Source: Massalongia carnosa
Lineage: Eukaryota
Direction of reading: 5' to 3'
DNA: 64,000 nucleotides
NCBI GenBank assembly: GCA_965645245.1
Contig: OZ287068.1
Span: forward strand, 744,001 to 808,000
The notes beneath the pieces were generated by a model that was given only the letters and a program-made list of their open reading frames with translations, was not told the origin of the DNA and searched no databases. Each line of letters starts with the position of its first letter. The first letter of the stretch is position 1. Made by a program: the position numbers and the translations under genes. Below are positions 60,629-64,000 of the stretch, in pieces.

Positions 60629-61609
60629 AGTTTAAGTCTCGTGGTGCAGTAAATTAGAGAGCGTAAAAGATTTTATAAAAGTAGCGAGATGTGAATTTAT
60701 AGAGCTTGAGATTACTGCCTCCATAAATGGGATTCGACCTGTAGGAGGCGCCGAAAATGGAGGTTCGGATAATCGGAAGCGCCTTGGTGAGGAAGCGCCT
60801 TTGGGACGTTCATTTCTTGCTGCACTCCATCTTTGCTCCATTTCAGCGTCCATTTTCTCTCGGGACTTTTCCAGGTCTACGGCACTCCCCGTTCTTTCGC
60901 CTTATTCATTCGCTATTCGCTCATCAATCTCACCGTCTGCTCGTCGACCTCTATCTCTATCTTCCTTCCCTCGTCGATGGGTCCCAGCTTAGGCGTCACG
61001 CACGTAGGCCCTACTTTCTCTCAATCGCTCTGGACTCGAGTACTCGCATAAAATAGGTTTAGACTTTCGGCTAGAGCTATGGGGAATTGACCATGAACCG
61101 AAGGCAAAGAGTCTTAACGCTGAGGGGATTTAGAAAGGAATTAGAACACAGAGGAGCAGGAACTGGAGCAAAAGCTGATCATAACTGGAGATTGATACGG
61201 CGTTGAATTTCTAGTTCAGTCGGTCACAACCACGAGCAAAGAAATATTTCAAGCGAAAAGCCTCTTTGAAATACTGCAGATATTCTCGTTCATGTGCACG
61301 ACACGCTCAAGGGCTTTCGCTGCGATCCTTGGTGTTACTCGTCGCTTCAGCGTCGATCTTCGTTATTGAAGTAGACAAGACATTACACGAATGAAAGAGA
61401 AAGCCAGCACCGCAAAGTTGGAATTATAACTCTATGGAACTTTGATCGAGCGGTCCGATCCGCGAACGTCCGACTGCACTCCTGATTATTAGCCACGCCC
61501 TCAGCCGATCATCCTAATTCAGTACAGACAGGCAAGTCTCTAACAACGGGGAAGAGGTGACATAAATTATCTTTATACCTCTCGACAAGGTCGGCGCCAA
61601 GAGCGCTGG

Positions 61610-62370
61610 TCCCCTACGGCGTTTTTGGCCCTAAGGCCGTCTCTTCCCTACGGCGTCTTTAGCCTCAAGGCCGTCTCTCCCCCACGGCGGTTTGTCCCCT
61701 ACGGCGTCTTTGGTTCCGCCCTCCATTTTCAGCGCCTTACCTCTACTTTATGCGGTGTCTTGCCAATTTCCGGTTGCGGCTTCTTTGCCCTCAAGGCGGT
61801 TTCTGCCCCACGGCGATTCGTCCCCTACGGCTTCTTTGGCCCTACGGCGGTCTATCCCCTAGGGCGGTTTGTCCCCTACGGCGGTTTGTCCCCTACGGCG
61901 TCTTTGGCCCCAAGGTGGTCAATCCCCTACTGTGTCTTTGGCCCCACGGCGGTTCATCCCCTACGGCGCCTTTGGCCCCACGGCGGTTCGCCCCCTACGG
62001 CGTCTTTGGCCCCAAGGCCGTCCCTTCCCCACGGCGGTTCGTCCCCCACGGCGGTTTTTCCCCTACGGCATCTTTTCCCTAGGGCGGTTCGTCCCCTACG
62101 GCGTCTTTGGCCCCCAAGGCCGTCTCTCCCCCAAGGCGGTTCGTCCCCCACGGCGTCTTTGGCCCTAAGGCGGCTTTGGCCCCACGGCGCTTCGTCCCAT
62201 ACGGCGTCTTTGGCCCTAAGGCGTCTTTGACCCTACGGCGGTTTGCCCCCTACGGCGTCTTTGGCCCTACGGCGTCTTTGGCCCTACGGCGTCTTTGACC
62301 CTACGGCGGTTTGGCCCCTACGGCATCTTTTGCCCTAGGGCGGTTCGTCCCCTGCGGCGTCCCAAGGCGG
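61610..62370. repeat. Complex GC-rich minisatellite of 16-18 bp related units with ~50-bp higher-order structure
   Basis: Alternating CCCTACGGCGTCTTTGG / CCCAAGGCCGTCTCT / CCCCACGGCGGTTCGT, roughly 40 units; interrupted near 61715-61780. Confidence 0.93.
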
Positions 62371-62700
62371 CTTATATGCGCGTCATACAGAATATTGCTC
62401 TACTTAAAGAGTGGGCGAAGCGGCGCAAGTGGACAGGCACGAATCCGTCTTAGCGGCTTCGTGGATGGGGGAGTTTGAAGACGCTGTTTAAAATTAGATA
62501 TGCGAGGACGGTTGAATGAAAGTAGAAGGTAAAGCGGGAGGAGCAAATAGACCAAAGCCAGACCTATGTTTTTAGATGACTTGACATGCGAAAAGCAGCA
62601 TATACTATATTATAAACGCCCATCGATATATGAAGAACCTAGTCCAGAATACTCGTGCTGCTAGCAATGGAAAAATATGCTCAGACTGCATGTGACATCG

Positions 62701-64000
62701 TTACAAATAAACACTGTGTACCGTAGCAGCATGGTTCTTGAAACGCATGACGCCATGAAGACTTACTCCAACACACGTTGGATGAGGACATAGAATCTCG
62801 TCATCGGAGCGGATTGACTTTAAGCGGCAGCGTTGAACATGTCGTTGAAGGCAGTATTTATTCTTGTATTCGCGAAGCCGCTCGTCCAGCGCCAGGTCAG
62901 GACTCCCGATACAGAAAATGCATTGGTAGGGCCTGCACTTGACCGGGAAAGCTTCTCGTTGTTCGGGCTCTGGCTTGCAGATATCCAGTTTGTAAGATTT
63001 AGATTCTGGTGGTGCGTTTTCTTGATACTCTAGAAATTCTAGAACGAGCTTCCGTTTGTTCGGTGTCGATAGTGAATCTCCTTGATCTCCCAAGGAGTCC
63101 AGTGTGGGCTTTTGCTTGGCGGATATCCGAGGGGCACGACGTTCTTGCAGCCTGCAGAGCGATTATCAGATCGTGGATTATTTTTAATCTCCAAGTATTC
63201 CCGTCCTTGGAGGCGAAGGCTGATTTATCGCAAAAGAAAGCCTCCGCTAGACGAGATCTCTCGATGAAGGCGTGTTTGGTGGTATTCGGTGTGGAAGAGA
63301 CGTTCTCGGAGAATTCGACTGATTCAGATAGTTGCTCCTGGATATCTTTCGTTGGAGCATTGACATCATAATCCGCCTGGGCTTGCTTCAATACAGCTCG
63401 TTCTCGCGTTCGAATCTTGCTGTGCATAGCACGATTAATAGCCATATAGTCATTGTATATGTCTTGTCCTTTCGCTTTTGAGACTGGGCCGTATTCTTCT
63501 CAAATTTCATCCAGCAGCCGATCTTTATAGTTGTAAAGGTCTTGTATATCCTTCTCGAGTTTGATTGCTCCTATTTGTTCGTTATTTAGTTTTTTGGGTC
63601 GTCGAGGATCCAACCATCTGCTCATTCGATTCGCCGCTCGAATAAAATCCGTCTAGCGAATTTCCAAGATATGCAGCCTGGGTATCATATCGAATAATAC
63701 GCGATAGGTAATTAAGCTCAAAGATTGCACTGTTACTATGGTCCATCACAAGATTGCGTACTGCTGGCTTGGAGTTAGGGTCGTCTAAACCCTATAATAT
63801 TAGCTTCAACTCCTTGCATGTTTTGATCTATGGAGAAGAGAGTATTTACCATTAACAGCGTTTCCGGCCCCACGCCGAAGACAATAGGTTGTTAGAACCT
63901 GCGCAAATCCTGTTTCTACCCCGAGACGTTTCAACCACCGATGGTACATCGCATACGTTAGAGCCTTACGAGGGAAAACTGGTGCGAAAAATATTGGGCG
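62701..64000 (-). pseudogene. DUF3435 tyrosine recombinase (Starship captain), 3' part, disrupted
   Basis: WLKRLGVETGFAQVLTTYCLRRGAGNAVN, intron, AVRNLVMDHSNSAIFELNYLSR, RMSRWLDPRRP, C-terminal QCIFCIG..LQRH..CPHPTC..FKNHAATVH; frameshifts near 63660 and 63160, TGA at 63500-63502. Confidence 0.88.

Larger units (their letters stand above)
42651..64000 (-). mobile_element. Putative derelict Starship giant transposon (cargo portion; left boundary approximate, 5' end outside the window)
   Basis: DUF3435 captain on the minus strand at the right edge; downstream lie only accessory genes (MADS-like, TPR, GNAT, FunK1), TEs and arrays, with no core genes. Confidence 0.6.

Noticed and set aside
61625..62298. 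Several overlapping 60-200 aa ORFs
   Set aside because: Artefacts of a stop-poor GC-rich minisatellite, open in all frames

Overview
Eukaryotic DNA from a filamentous ascomycete (Pezizomycotina-type genes, GT-AG introns with CTAAC/CTGAC branch sites). Positions 1 to ~40.7 kb are a gene-dense core segment: EXO5, BLI-3, an F-box protein, an OPT transporter, RMT3, PRP3, MAD1, a TM-SH3 protein, SYP1, a CAK1/Csk1-like kinase, DUF3445, ALG9, NAF1 and an flbE-like gene. It is interrupted by one complete two-ORF PIF/Harbinger-group element with an ACT target duplication. From ~41 kb to the right edge the sequence is accessory and decaying. It holds an amidinotransferase pseudogene, nested TEs (pogo relic with a hAT MITE, a solo LTR, a full pogo/Fot1, a full MULE), a FunK1 kinase pseudogene, a GNAT gene, TPR and MADS-box cargo-like genes, and three GC-rich tandem arrays. 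At the right edge, on the minus strand, is a disrupted DUF3435 tyrosine recombinase (Starship captain). The simplest reading is the downstream (cargo) part of a derelict Starship giant transposon whose 5' end lies beyond the window. All family calls come from recognising motifs by eye, not from database searches, and exon boundaries are approximate.
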